Below, piece by piece: positions 11,048 through 23,700 of a stretch of 64,000 bases of DNA (position 1 is its first letter; every line of letters begins with the position of its first letter). Made by a program: the position numbers and the translations under genes. Origin of the DNA: Mytilus trossulus (Eukaryota). The notes below the pieces were generated by a model, which worked only from the letters and a program-made list of their open reading frames with translations, was not told where the DNA came from and did not search any database. The stretch covers positions 27,404,001 through 27,468,000 of the forward strand of contig NC_086376.1 of the NCBI RefSeq assembly GCF_036588685.1, read 5' to 3'.

Positions 11048-13947
11048 GTATGTCTTACTCCATCACATGTTTTATTCCGTGAGCATCCTGTCAGATCATA
11101 TATTTTGCCGGAATCAACATTCTGTATACTGTGTCAACAGAATACACAATGTTGATTCTGTATTCTGTTGACACAACATTCTGTATTCTGTTGACATTTA
11201 TACAAAAACAATGTCTTTCCCTTCAAGAATTTAGTTCAAATTTATGTTGTTCATAAGGGAACAGAACATTCGATTTACATATATATATATATTTGTTTAT
11301 AAAAAAAATGCCGTATTATTGCCAACGACACAACAACAACAGCAACAACATATATTTTATTTGCCAATCGTGGCACCCAAAATGAGCGGAATAATCACAA
11401 CTCTCCACAACAGATCAGATGACCAGAAATTAACAAATATAGGTCACCATTCGGCCATCAATAATGAGCAAAGCCATATCGCATAGTCAGCTAAAAAAGG
11501 CACCAAATGACAAATGTCAACGAATTCAAACAAAAAAACTAACGCGGTTCTTCTTCATGTACAAAAATGAACGAACAATGAATATGTAACACACCAACAA
11601 ACAACAACCACTGAATTACAGGCTCCTGACTTCGGACAGGAACATATATACAGAATGTGGTGAGGTTAAACATGCTAGGGTCTTCCCCCCTAAACCTGGA
11701 ACAGAGTTGTAACAGTACTACATAACAACAAACTATAAAATTCAGTTGAAAAAGGCTTATTTAACTTTAAATAACAGATGAATGCAAATAGAAATACATC
11801 TCAGTAACAAAAACATAATGGACGTTACCGTTACTCAACAAAAAGACACTAAATACAGATCTGAGAGTACTTGCAGATACTGACAGCTAGTTCAAAGCCA
11901 CTAACAACTAATAACAAAAATCATGCATCTAACTTCAAAGACTTAGTTCATAGTTTTTTATACTTCTGTTGATTATATTTAATCTTAGTGTTTTCCTTCT
12001 GTTAAAAAGAGATTAAATAACAGACGCAATGTTCAACAAATTTGTTTAAAGATGGAAAATTGGTGTTACATTCGTTTAATTTATAATAATACACACAAAC
12101 TAAAGAGACAGAACGACAAAGTTTGCCTCAAACGACAAGCAAGAATAAACCAAGAAACAGAAAACAGACAATTTTCCAATGTCCTATTTGGCTGGCTTTC
12201 ATATTATTCCCATTGTTGACACTACTAAATTGTCATATTGTTACCTATTGTAGTATTTTAATCAGTAAGACTTTCTAAGATAACAATACGAATACTAAAA
12301 ATCTGGACTAAAAATAAGGCGTATAGGTACAGTTTTCAATTTGTTAGCGGGCATGACGAAAAACAGCGAATCAAAGAATTCAACTTTATTTAAAACTAAT
12401 AAAGGACAATGCAGTTGATTAAACAAAATACTCCATTTCAGGACCTTTTGTTTGTTCACGGGTGTGTTCTAGTAGTTTAAAATGATCCTACTGAGATTCC
12501 TCAAAATAATAACATATTAGAGTACAAGTATTAAAAATTTGCTTAATGTCCAGTAGCAAATATTACATGCATGTTCAAAACAATTGTTAAATAAGTACAA
12601 TAGGTAAGTCCTGTAAAAAATTGTCATCTGGGGTGAAAGAAGGTCAATAAAACTTGGACTGCCACTGGACAACGAAAGCATATTGAAGGTGGACAGGAAT
12701 TTGCCCTGCTGCATATTCAGACAAAAGGCCACCGACGGCCTCTCGAAGAGTTGTTGCAATAGTTATTAACCTGCAGAGATCATGGCACTCTCTTTCTATA
12801 CATGCTATATGAGGCATCCGATTAAAGGTGACCAATCTTACATTTGTTGAAAATTAAACATCCCGCACAATTTTACTACCAATGGTTTTACTGTTTTTAC
12901 TGTATCACATAAACATTATCCGTTGTGATGACTGACTTGCACTTCTGGTGACACTTTCTTAGTGAGAATGTGTTCACATATGGAACATATCTTGTCCTTA
13001 TGTCCCACGTAAGTGTCATTAATAACTCCTGAACCACTTTACAGAATTTTGTAAATCATCGATGCAATCTTTATCTCATGGTGTATTTTTGCAAAGGACA
13101 ATTTACAAAATGTTACGTCCATAATTAATACCATAACATGCATGTTGGGAAAAACAACTTTTTATAAATGCATGCAAAGTATTTGATGCAGTATGATATA
13201 TTGTTATAGGTATCTAAAAATGGATCCCACCAGAACATAAAGACTAAGTCTATGAGGAAAATAAAGTTTTAGATCAACGACTTAAAATTGTCATGAACAG
13301 ATAAAATATGAGATAGAGATAGAACTGGTATGAAAGGTGACAGTAGAACATTGAAATAATTTGAAAGGTAGGTATATATATATAGTTTTACACTCAATTA
13401 TGATTTTTTTAAAGAAAGTATTTGCAGTTATTCCTATAATTTTATTTGTTGCCGATCCAAAGATGTCAGAGTGTTACAGCAGGACATAGTTGAACTTAGG
13501 AACCTAAAGGAAATATAAACAAAGATCTCCTTCTCTGTAACCGAATAACAGATTTAAAAGATAGTAATTTATCATAATGAGAATTTCCACTGGTACTAAT
13601 AATGAAAAACTTCACAAAAAGAATACTTTTATTTAATTTTTAAACTATTGCATATGTAGGATTGTAACTGAGACAACTATCCACCAAATTTGAGACGATG
13701 TAAATGTGAACAATAATATACAACTGTGCAGACTTCAACAATGAGAAAACCCATACCGTATTGTCGGCTACAAAAGACCATGAAATAAACAATATATGAA
13801 ACAATTTAATTCAGAAAAATTAACGACCTAATTTATAACAAAACGAATTAAAAATGTTAAAAGTGCAGCCCGTATTGAAAACATGGACATTTGTCATGAA
13901 CCCAGACTTGGGACACTAAAATTCTTCTCCAAATCGTATAAGATCAG

Positions 13948-14090
13948 GCCCTGAAGTCTTACAAAATTTTCCCAGTGCCCGGAGAAAAAAAATCGTGGTC
14001 GAAAATTGAAATCCAGCATTTTGATTGGTTGATTTGTTGATTTTGGAGTTTGAATAAATAACTGACTCGAACGTTTAATGACTTCAAGGC
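13948..14090. mobile_element. Short PIF/Harbinger-type MITE
   Basis: GCCCTGAAGTC..GACTTCAAGGC with CAG on both sides. Confidence 0.65.
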
Positions 14091-15749
14091 CAGTTTTCAA
14101 GTAGGTAAATCAAACATTGTTCCATTTTTTTTCTTTCATTTTTCTCCCTGTATAATATAAACCTTCTATAATTAACGTTATACCACCTTTAGCAATGCAT
14201 GTACACTGATTCACATTATGTCATGGTTGACCTATGTTTAATCTTATTATTGGACTTTAACAAAATGATAAATGTTGTAATCCACTTTTTCCTTTCCAGA
14301 AACAAGTTGGCAAAGATATATATCACATGCATAGGAAGAGCAATGGAAAATAACATTGAAGCAGAATTATGAAACAGTTATTTTAAAAAAACATTAAATT
14401 GAGGGAGAGAAAAACACATTTTTTTACTTTTTAATGCTGTTCATTCTTAAGATTACTGTTTATTGTATTTCGATGGAAGTTATTGCAGTTGATAAGAAGA
14501 TAGAACAAAAATTTGAGTTCTTCAGCTTGTTTTATTCTGTCAATAAACATTAATTTTGAAAAGCAAACCATATATGTTCAAAAATCAAAAAGGTTAATTA
14601 TGTACCAAATGACCTCCGTCAGACATTAATCAGTCTGTTGGAAATCTTAAGTTTCTTTAAATTTTTATGCTTATTTTACAAAATGTACCTTTGTTTGTAT
14701 GTCTGTAATTCAAATCAATCAGAGATTTCTGAGGAACTACGAACCAAGAGTTTCTGAAAGTCATCAGTCCGCATGTGAACATGCTCTACTGAGTAATGTA
14801 GTTCTTACCCTTTCAACTCCCCGTTAACGGGATGCCTGAATATTGTAACACCAAACTTCATATATTCTTTTCGTAAAATACGCTCTGCAGTTTTATAAGA
14901 AAGAGTACAAGAGTTATGCATACAAGTATCTAAGTTACTATTCACAATAAACTCATTACAAGTGAATGAAATTGCAGCATGATTAAGGTATACAAAAAAA
15001 AAGAAATCTGTCAATAAATGTATTTAACCATTAAAAATCTTACAATGAGCATATGATTGGAAATTTATTTATGAGAAGTTAGACTAAAAAAAGTGGTCGT
15101 ATTCTGAATATTCCCTCAGCTCACAGTAAAAGGAGAAAAACATACACTGTTCAGTCTGAAGGTACCTGTCATGTAGGGGGACATGTCTTATAGCAGATTT
15201 TCTCCTTGTGGTGAACTAGGATGTTAAAAAGGAGCTCAGTGCATTATTGGTCTAGTTCTGTACAAAATATGTTAATTACATTGTATTTATATCTGAGTAT
15301 CATGTCCTCTTCCTGTACTTAACTTGCCACTGGATCACATAACATCAATCCATCCACCCATCTTCTCAAAAGTAATATATCGAGTTCCAATGTTCAATAT
15401 GTTCTGATTTGACTCAAGCAATATATAAATACATGTAATATGGTATTGTCAAATAAAAGTATTAAAAACATAAACCTTGTAGACCACACAAGATGCAATT
15501 CTGACAATAAATATGACATAAAGCCAGAATATTTAAAAAAAAAAAAAAGATAAAGTAACTGTCGAAGAACTGGATCTAAAGCTGAACCACTGCAGGACAA
15601 CAAAAATCAGAGAAATAAAAAAAAAAAATAACGAAATCATTAACATGTCACGATATAGAAAATGAATGGAAATGGGGTAAGTGTCAAAGAGAACAATTAA
15701 CCCACCCCAAATATACAAAACAACTAGGCATCACTATACAGATACAGTG

Positions 15750-16138
15750 TTATAATGAAACAGTACTGAAGAAATTAGTAACGAAACACTACTTACGAAA
15801 TCAGTACCGAATCATTACTGACAAAATCAGTACTGAAACAGTACTGTCAAAATCAGTACTAAAACAGTACTGTCAAAATCAGTACTAAAACAGTACTGTC
15901 AAAATCAGTACTGACAAAATCAGTACTGAAACAGTACTGTCAAAATCAGTACTAAAACAGTACTGTCAAAATCAGTACTGAAACAGTACTGTCAAAATCA
16001 TTACTAAAACAGTACTAACAAAATCAGTACTGATTTCATTGAAAATATAACATTATAAGTTTTCAGTCTTTCCTTACAGTACTGATATGCACGAGGGTAG
16101 AAATGTACCAAAAAAGTGTAGGTAAATTATTGGTAGTG
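15750..16138 (-). repeat. Right arm of the CACTA element with CAGTACTG array
   Basis: Reverse complement of 2559-~2980. Confidence 0.9.
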
Positions 16139-16586
16139 TAGGTGGTTTACCGGAATTTTCTTGGCATGTTAGAGATAGGGTGTTAATTCATAGAACAGAC
16201 AAGGAAAGTGTCAAATATTTCATGTATATTTTAAACATAGAGAGCCTTACCTCGGCAGCTTTGCCAAAACAAACCTTCTTTTTTTCTGATATGTGCCTTC
16301 GGACTTTGTGTTTCGAATTGTAGTTACTTTTTCCATACTACGTATTTATCCTAATTCAAGCTCCATGTGATACAGGAAAATAGTATCTTGGAGCAAGGCT
16401 ATTTCCTTCTTTTTGGGGTTGGGGGGGGGGGGGGGGGGGGGAGAGACTCCTAGCAAACAACATGTTTATAATGGCATTGTAGATTTTCTGATTAAATAAA
16501 TGATAAAGTTACCGATCCGGTACATAAATAGATCGGTTAAAAAGCATTTTTTTTAAATTTTAGTTGGAATGGAAAAGCTTAATACG

Positions 16587-17405
16587 AGTGCTTCTTTAGG
16601 GAATGAAAAACTTGTTATAATTCTTAGTCCTAATAATGCTGCTGAAATGTACACAAGCTTTTCTTCATTCCATTATTTTTCTCCTGTCGTTCATACTTAA
16701 ATATGCGAAATATTGTAGCGACAACTTACAAATTAAGTCAGGAGTTATTTTTTCCTGGTGGAAAATGCCAACTTGGGAACGTTAACCACACCGATTTAAA
16801 ACTGCTTCCATTTCTTCCATTTTCATTCAATCACGTAAAGGTATTTATGCATGAATAAAACGTCCGTCAAAAATATCCGCGTTCGTTTTTTTCTGACAAT
16901 TTCCGTAATTGACTTCCCGACTTTTACTACATCATCATAATGATACAACCACTGAACATAAAGTTGAACGAACCGAACATAATACTGATGCTTTTACTGA
17001 ACATAATGAATAATCTACTGAATATAAAGAAACCGGGACTACTGAAGGTATTACTTAATGTACTGCAAATAATATTGAATCTACTGAACATAATGTCGAA
17101 AGTACTGAACATAATGAAAAATGTACTGAATATAACGTCAGAAGTACCGAACATAATTTAGATACCACTGCATATAATAATGAAACTACTGAACATAATA
17201 ACCAAAGCACCGAATATAATGTCAAAACTACTGAACATAATGTAATAACTACTGAACATAATGTAATAACTACTGAACATTATGGGATATCTACTGAACA
17301 TAATATACATACTACTGAACATAATATACATACTACTGAATATAATGGATAAAGCACCGAACATATTAAACAATCAACATCAGAAGACAGTCATGGCGTT
17401 CCATA
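16587..17405 (-). repeat. Right TIR of the IS3EU-like element
   Basis: Reverse complement of 967-1759, with one extra ~21-bp subrepeat. Confidence 0.95.
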
Positions 17406-20400
17406 GGCCTGCATTATACTGCATGTGTTATCTTTGATGATTTTAAACATACATACAAATGGTAAAAGATATATTTTTGTGAATATTGATCACGTATTAG
17501 TCTATAGCCTGTAAATGTTTGTATTGCCTAAACCACAGTATGAATATGAGTTATGGGAATAAAACACCAAATACATATTAAGGGTATAAAGTAAACTTAA
17601 ATAAAATTTTCTGTTACTAACAATACATGCTTTGATATTTTAGTTATGTTTACTGTATAAGTTTGCATGACTAAAATTATAAGCAAGAGGTCAATTATTT
17701 TGATGTAAATAATATTGCGTATGTGAAGGATTTCTATAAATGACACAAATGAATGAAGGGGGTTTCAAGTTGATATGAAATGAAATGATCACAATGAAGA
17801 TATATATATATATATATTTTTAGTTGCAACATTAAAAGTCTCAATCTTTTGGCTGTAAACAAAAAAATATTTAATAAATAAAAATGATTTCCCTAAATTC
17901 GGTCAATTGAGGCAATGGGATAGTTTTTAAAAGGTGAACATTGTTATCACTGATAGGGGATTATTAATCTTGAAAATAAACATCTGATACGGTCATGCTT
18001 TTAAAAACAATGTTTTTCGTGATGTAACGACAGATAAGTTAACGTACAGTGATGTAATAAAAGTGTAATTTATATCCTCCTTCTGAGTAGGAAAAGTTAC
18101 ATAAATCAATTAACTTGAAAGGTTTAAAAGATATTACCCCAAAATATATATATAAAAATGGGAAGATTGTACATGAAAAAATGTTGGAACAGTCAGGAAA
18201 CACTTACAGTATAGTATTATACTGTCTTAGTCTGATAAGTAGCGTAAATAGGAAGTGTTTATGAAATCTCCTTTGTAAACAGTGTATTATACATTGTACA
18301 TTGTGGTTTTTACAATATTTCATGCCTTCATATATCGTAAATATGAAAAAAACAAATGTGTGAGGAAGTATAGGTAAACATGATGAAAGTATGAAGGGAG
18401 TAAAAGCATTTATGTGTAAAATTTCTGGCAAACATCCTCAAGAGGGAGGAAATGGTCTCCTTCATCAAAATGATATGTAAGTTATTAATAATTATTTATG
18501 AAGACTGTGAACTTTTATTTTTCTTATATATGTACAAATATAAGTTGTCGGGTAACATGGCAAGACTAAATGTAGACATACTTCAATGATACAGCAATCT
18601 AACAACACAGTGGAATTAGAAAGTGACAAATGTGTTTCATTATCTGACTACTAGTTTTAAGTGATGTCTGCGTCCTTGGCATGACTAGATAAAATATATA
18701 GATGTTTATCTTATTTGCCAACTAGGCATTCAGCATACAGCATATATAAGGACGGGCTTATTCTGAACTGGAAAAATGGTTTGTGAGTTTGTAAAGGGTA
18801 TATATAAAATTAATCTTGGCTTTATATTAGAATATGATGAGATTTCTTTCTTTTAGAACTCTGATTTGACATATAATTCATTTAGGCCTAAGGATATTTC
18901 AACAATAATGAAAATATTCATTCCTCAATACCATATTAGGTTATCCTTATCATTTCTATTTAATATATTTCTCACGAATTTTTTAATTTTAATATTTCCA
19001 CATGATTATCAGTATGCATTCATTATTTTCCTCTTATATTAGACTAAATGTGTGAGACAGAAAAAACAAATGTTGTCTTGAGGCCATTTTGAAACAGATT
19101 AATATCATCATTGATCAAAAACATGGTCATTGATGTTTTAATTATGTATTGAGAAGAAACTAGAATGATTCAGCATTACATGTATACATGTCCAATGTAT
19201 TTGTCATTGGTTAGCTAATATTATAAGGCTTGTCTAGGCTATTTAGGATTATAATATTATAATCTACTCCTTGTAAAATCATTTTTAGGCCAAGTTAAGG
19301 ATACACAGAAATTGCAGTATATTTTTATCTTAATTTGTCATCTACATAAGGAAGTGATTTTTACCTGTGACAAGGTAGAACAGATAAATAGATATTTATT
19401 TACATAAGATTTAGTGTGTAATGGAGATTTTATAGTTTGTTAGAAATGACAATATGTATACAATTTGTCAATCTGTTTTTTTATTTTTATTTTTACACAA
19501 ACCAGACAATGCGCTTATTATCCTTTCCTCTTTGAAGCCTTTTGAAAGTTTAGTTGATAAAAAGACCAAATTTGACTTTGATTTGTTTTCATGTGCAGGT
19601 GAAATGTATCAAAGTTTCTTTTTGAATACAACATGAATTTTAAGAAAAATAGTGCTTTGGGTGCATGTTGAATAGTTGTAAATGAGTACAAATGTTAATT
19701 TTTGTCTCTTTTTTCATAACTTGATTTCTAACTGGCATTTGTTTAACATCATCATGTACTTGTACAATGAAACAAAAAAAGATCAAATACAGATTTGTGT
19801 GTTCTTGTTTTGCCTTGATTCACTCCTACAAATCTGAGATGATATATGAATTATTAATTAATCTTTTCTTACTGACTTATTTTAAGTAAAACATTTTAAG
19901 AATAATTAAAATTCAGGTTAAATTGTCTTAAAGAACATCTAAATTTCTGTGGTCTTTAAATAACTTTATATTGATGTGAAATTATCTAAATAAATTTATC
20001 TACAAATCTATATCAATGTCAAAGATGATCAAAGGGTTATAATAAATACAACAACAATAATATAAATAGCAAAGATAATGTTTAATTAGGATTAGGAAAA
20101 TTATTAAAATAAGAAGATAAACTAACAGTATTTTAAAATTGTTTTAAAAACTCCTTCATTAGTATCTGTCACCCAAATATTAAAATGTTGACCAAAGTAT
20201 ATACCATTCCTTGTAATGACAGAACTGTTGATCGATTGATCTTGCTAAACATCCAAAAATATTAAAAATCTCTAAAAAAAACAACTAAACTTATTTTATC
20301 ATAAAACACATAGATTTCAAATAATGAAAATTACAAAATTAGCAGTGTTAATAATCTGCAGATTATCTGTAATCAACTGGTTTATTTATTAAATACATGA

Positions 20401-20705
20401 TGGTTTATGTCACTTGAGATGTCTGGAGGGTGGTATTGTGACAGACTGATGGATAACTTATTAACACCAGGAACATATACCCTTCTCTATACCTGGATCA
20501 GGTTGAAACCGCTGGGAAAACAGCTTTTACAGAAGTTTGTTATCATTAAGTGCATTTTTACCACTAAAAATGTTGTGTAGGATACTCGTGCCCTGTGGAT
20601 AAAGGGAATACATCACAACCACCCAATAATTGAATTTAAAATAAGAAATCATTATTAAATAAAGGGATAGTAAGAGTGAAGAGATACACATTTCAGAGAT
20701 GAAGT

Positions 20706-20776
20706 ATGAAAATGAGTGAGGATTCTTCTATTTTTCAAATGTTATCATTTGTTCTGTGTAGCTCTTTATGTTCACG
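20706..20776 (+). CDS. Candidate alternative first coding exon of the Tks5-like gene
   Basis: [23 protein letters not shown]+CG, then GTAAGA. In-frame TGA just upstream. Phase 2 matches the exon at 21972. Confidence 0.5.
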
Positions 20777-23700
20777 GTAAGAATTTAATCATTATTTGTC
20801 AGATAAATGTTTGATAAATACAGTATTTAGAATGTTTAGTTTTGGATTTCTCTTGAATCTGTGATACGTAATTCAAGAATGTATCACAAAAGGTCCTAAG
20901 AAGACTAAAACAAAGTAATTTATCTATATAACATCAACAGTAAACCAATGTTAATCTGGTTGTGTATATTACAATTCCTCTGTTCACCATGGACGAACCA
21001 AAATGTTGAAGAACTCCAACATTGGCTTACAGATAATGCAATGATTTTATTTTGATTTTTGGTGTTTAATGGCCACTTTTAAACAACGTTTTTGGGGATC
21101 TTTTCTGGCAGCCAGCTTTTAATTGTGGAGGAAGCCTGAGTGCCCAAAGAAAATCACAACCTTCGATAGGAAAACTGACAATCCTAGTCGGTTAATATAA
21201 AAGTCAAGTGCACCCACACCAGCAGAGTTCAATTTTTCAACCTCAGTGTTGACTGGCTCAATTATGCAATGATAATAACCAACAAAAACAAGTATTTCTT
21301 AAAATGATAATGAATGATAGGTTTGGAAATTAAAAAAAATCATTTTCATGTATAATTTAGTAAAAAAATGATAACAACTTTCATGTTGATTTAAGAAATA
21401 CATCATAGTAGAGAACAGTCCAGTCTCCCTTAATTTCTGATGAGAAATGTTTTCACAAAATATGGAAATGATTTAATGAGCACTCAACATATCATTTAGC
21501 ATATTTGTATTTCAGATTCCAAAATCTATAAATAAGTTTGATGCATCTTTAAATTTATTTCACTACATGATTTAGATTTAATTAAATATAAGTTAACAAT
21601 CAATGGAGAACATATTATAAAAACATTTTATCTATGAATTCGACAGCCTTGTAAAATGGCACAGAAATCCCAAAACACATAAATTTTACTTTTCCCTATT
21701 CGTTCAATTATCATTCAAACATGTCAGTTTTCTGTTTGCCTTGCACCGATTAGCCAACTTGTTAGGGTCAAACCCAGGCTAAACCTAAATTGTCTTATTT
21801 ATATGATTTTTGAAGAAGTTATTATGCTACATCTTTGATCTTTGGTATATACTTTCAATCTTTTTCTTGAATAAAGATGAAATATTTGCCACTGGATGTT
21901 AAGCATTATTTTAGAATATTTCCATTTCCATACAGAGTAATATTGCTTAATAACTTTTGCCTTTCTTTCAGAAAACAGAAGCAGAAAGCAGAGACTATTT
22001 CTGGTCCAACTTTGGCCGAACAATATATCGTGATAGCAGACTACAAGAAAGCAGATAAATGGGACTTAAATCTAAAGGCTGGAATGGTGTTAGAAGTTAT
22101 AGAGAAAAGTGACAGTGGTGAGTTGTATAAGACTAATATATCACAAGTCAAGAGGGAGGGTTATATGAATTGGAAAATTAAAGGAGATGTTATTATCTGT
22201 ATGGGCTCTTTCTTTTAAGGTACTAGTGTCTAGTGATAAAGTAAGTAATTTGACGCTCCTGATTTGACTAAACTAGTTGTTCAAGTAGATAGATTTTTAA
22301 ATCCTTGTATTGATTTGTACGGATGGAGGGATGGGGGGTAAAATTATCTTTGCCTGATTTTTGTATCTTGTCAGATTTTTTTCTTTTAGAAATTTGTACT
22401 TTAGGGGTAATTAACAATTTCCCTAAAATAGATTTCATTTATTAAGTTTTTATAAATTTTTGACAAAATATTTACTTTGACCTGTTGACAAAATATTAAA
22501 AAATCTCGAAATTTGAACCAACCATTTACAGGAATACTTTCATTTGATTATAAAGTATAGCAATGACAAACAGTTTTGGTCATTAGAAGCTTGATTACGC
22601 TTTCTCTATAATTTTTATTAAAACTTTTAGCTGATTTTAAAGAGTTAACTCCCTTAGGTGTTCTGTACCTCATTAAATATAATTAATTTTAGTGGATTTA
22701 ATTTAATATTGCTTGGACGACTAAATAAGTTCACCAAGTAGATATATTTTATACTCCTTATACTGCAGTAGGAGTGATTCTATGACATTAAAATTAGAAT
22801 TTCCAATATACAGTGAAATATGAAACAGGAACACTTACAGATATGCACTAACTTTTTACAATTTCATATCCTTTTAAAGAGAAATGTATTTATAATAGTA
22901 TACATACTAATATAATGTCGCACCATATTTACAAGATAAAGATGATAACAATTTTTATCTATTTTTGTCAAGTACGATACTTGATATTGTCAAATTTATT
23001 TGTCATCATGTAAAACACGAGGAACAAATATCATGAGATGCGAAATTTTGTATTCTTAAAATACAAACCATCGTTAATTTCCTTGCTTCCTTATTATGTT
23101 TGAGCTGTTTGTATATGGCTGACTGGGTCAGTAGTGGGATTATGGAATACGAATCAGATGGCAAGTAAATATTTGATATTAAGGAAATATTTAGTTTATC
23201 TTTCAAAGAATTTAGGACAAAATACTGCATTAATCAAATTTAGATACCTTTTAAATACTTTTTGAATGTAGTTTTTGTGTACATTGTATTTAGAAGTTTT
23301 CAATCCCATGCTTTTATATTTGCCTGATCAGAGAACTAATATTTTGCATTGTAAATTATTTGGACACAGCTTATGGAATTGTTATTGGTGAATATTCTAC
23401 CTAGCAGATTATCAAGTTGTCAAAAATTGTGATTGCATAAGATATTCTACCAGGGGCATTTTATTTAGGCCTTAATAAATACATGTGTTTCATCTTCCTA
23501 TACCAACCTTATTTTTTAGGTGGCTAACTTCAAGATGTTTATTTATTTTGAACTAACACCATTGAAATATTTTGTTCATCATGATCTGGTTTGCCATTGA
23601 AGAATATTTGTGTGACAGATGACCAGATGACCATAGACACAATCTTGTTCATGACTCGCCACTAATGTGACAAATCATTTGATGATTACATGTCATGAGC

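Larger units (their letters stand above)
2559..16138. mobile_element. CACTA/EnSpm-type non-autonomous element nested inside the IS3EU-like element
   Basis: Starts CACTACCAATAATTTACC (2559) and ends GGTAAATTATTGGTAGTG (16138), flanked by TA on both sides. ~400-bp inverted arms with subterminal CAGTACTG tandem repeats. No transposase recognised inside. Confidence 0.7.
967..17405. mobile_element. IS3EU-like DNA transposon (degenerate), outer element of a nested array
   Basis: Starts TATGGAACGCCATGAC (967) and ends GTCATGGCGTTCCATA (17405). Flanked by the exact 6-bp direct repeat GGCCTG (961-966, 17406-17411). TIRs ~800 bp. TAY..RTA termini with a 6-bp TSD match the IS3EU superfamily. Transposase-like remnant at 1740-1996. 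Confidence 0.8.

Noticed and set aside
12517-12835. Two overlapping minus-strand ORFs in a GC-richer patch
   Set aside because: No recognisable family and no convincing splice-site pair; cannot be supported as coding.
16200-16400. Minus-strand exon-like segment (donor GAG|GTAAGG), possibly a second IS3EU ORF
   Set aside because: Short and unrecognisable; not enough evidence to call.
967-17405. Polinton/Maverick (size, long TIRs, 6-bp TSD)
   Set aside because: No AG/AGT-repeat termini and no polB, integrase, ATPase or capsid ORFs; termini fit IS3EU better.
22219-22669. Possible Kolobok-like MITE in a Tks5-like intron
   Set aside because: Termini and right TTAA too decayed to fix boundaries.
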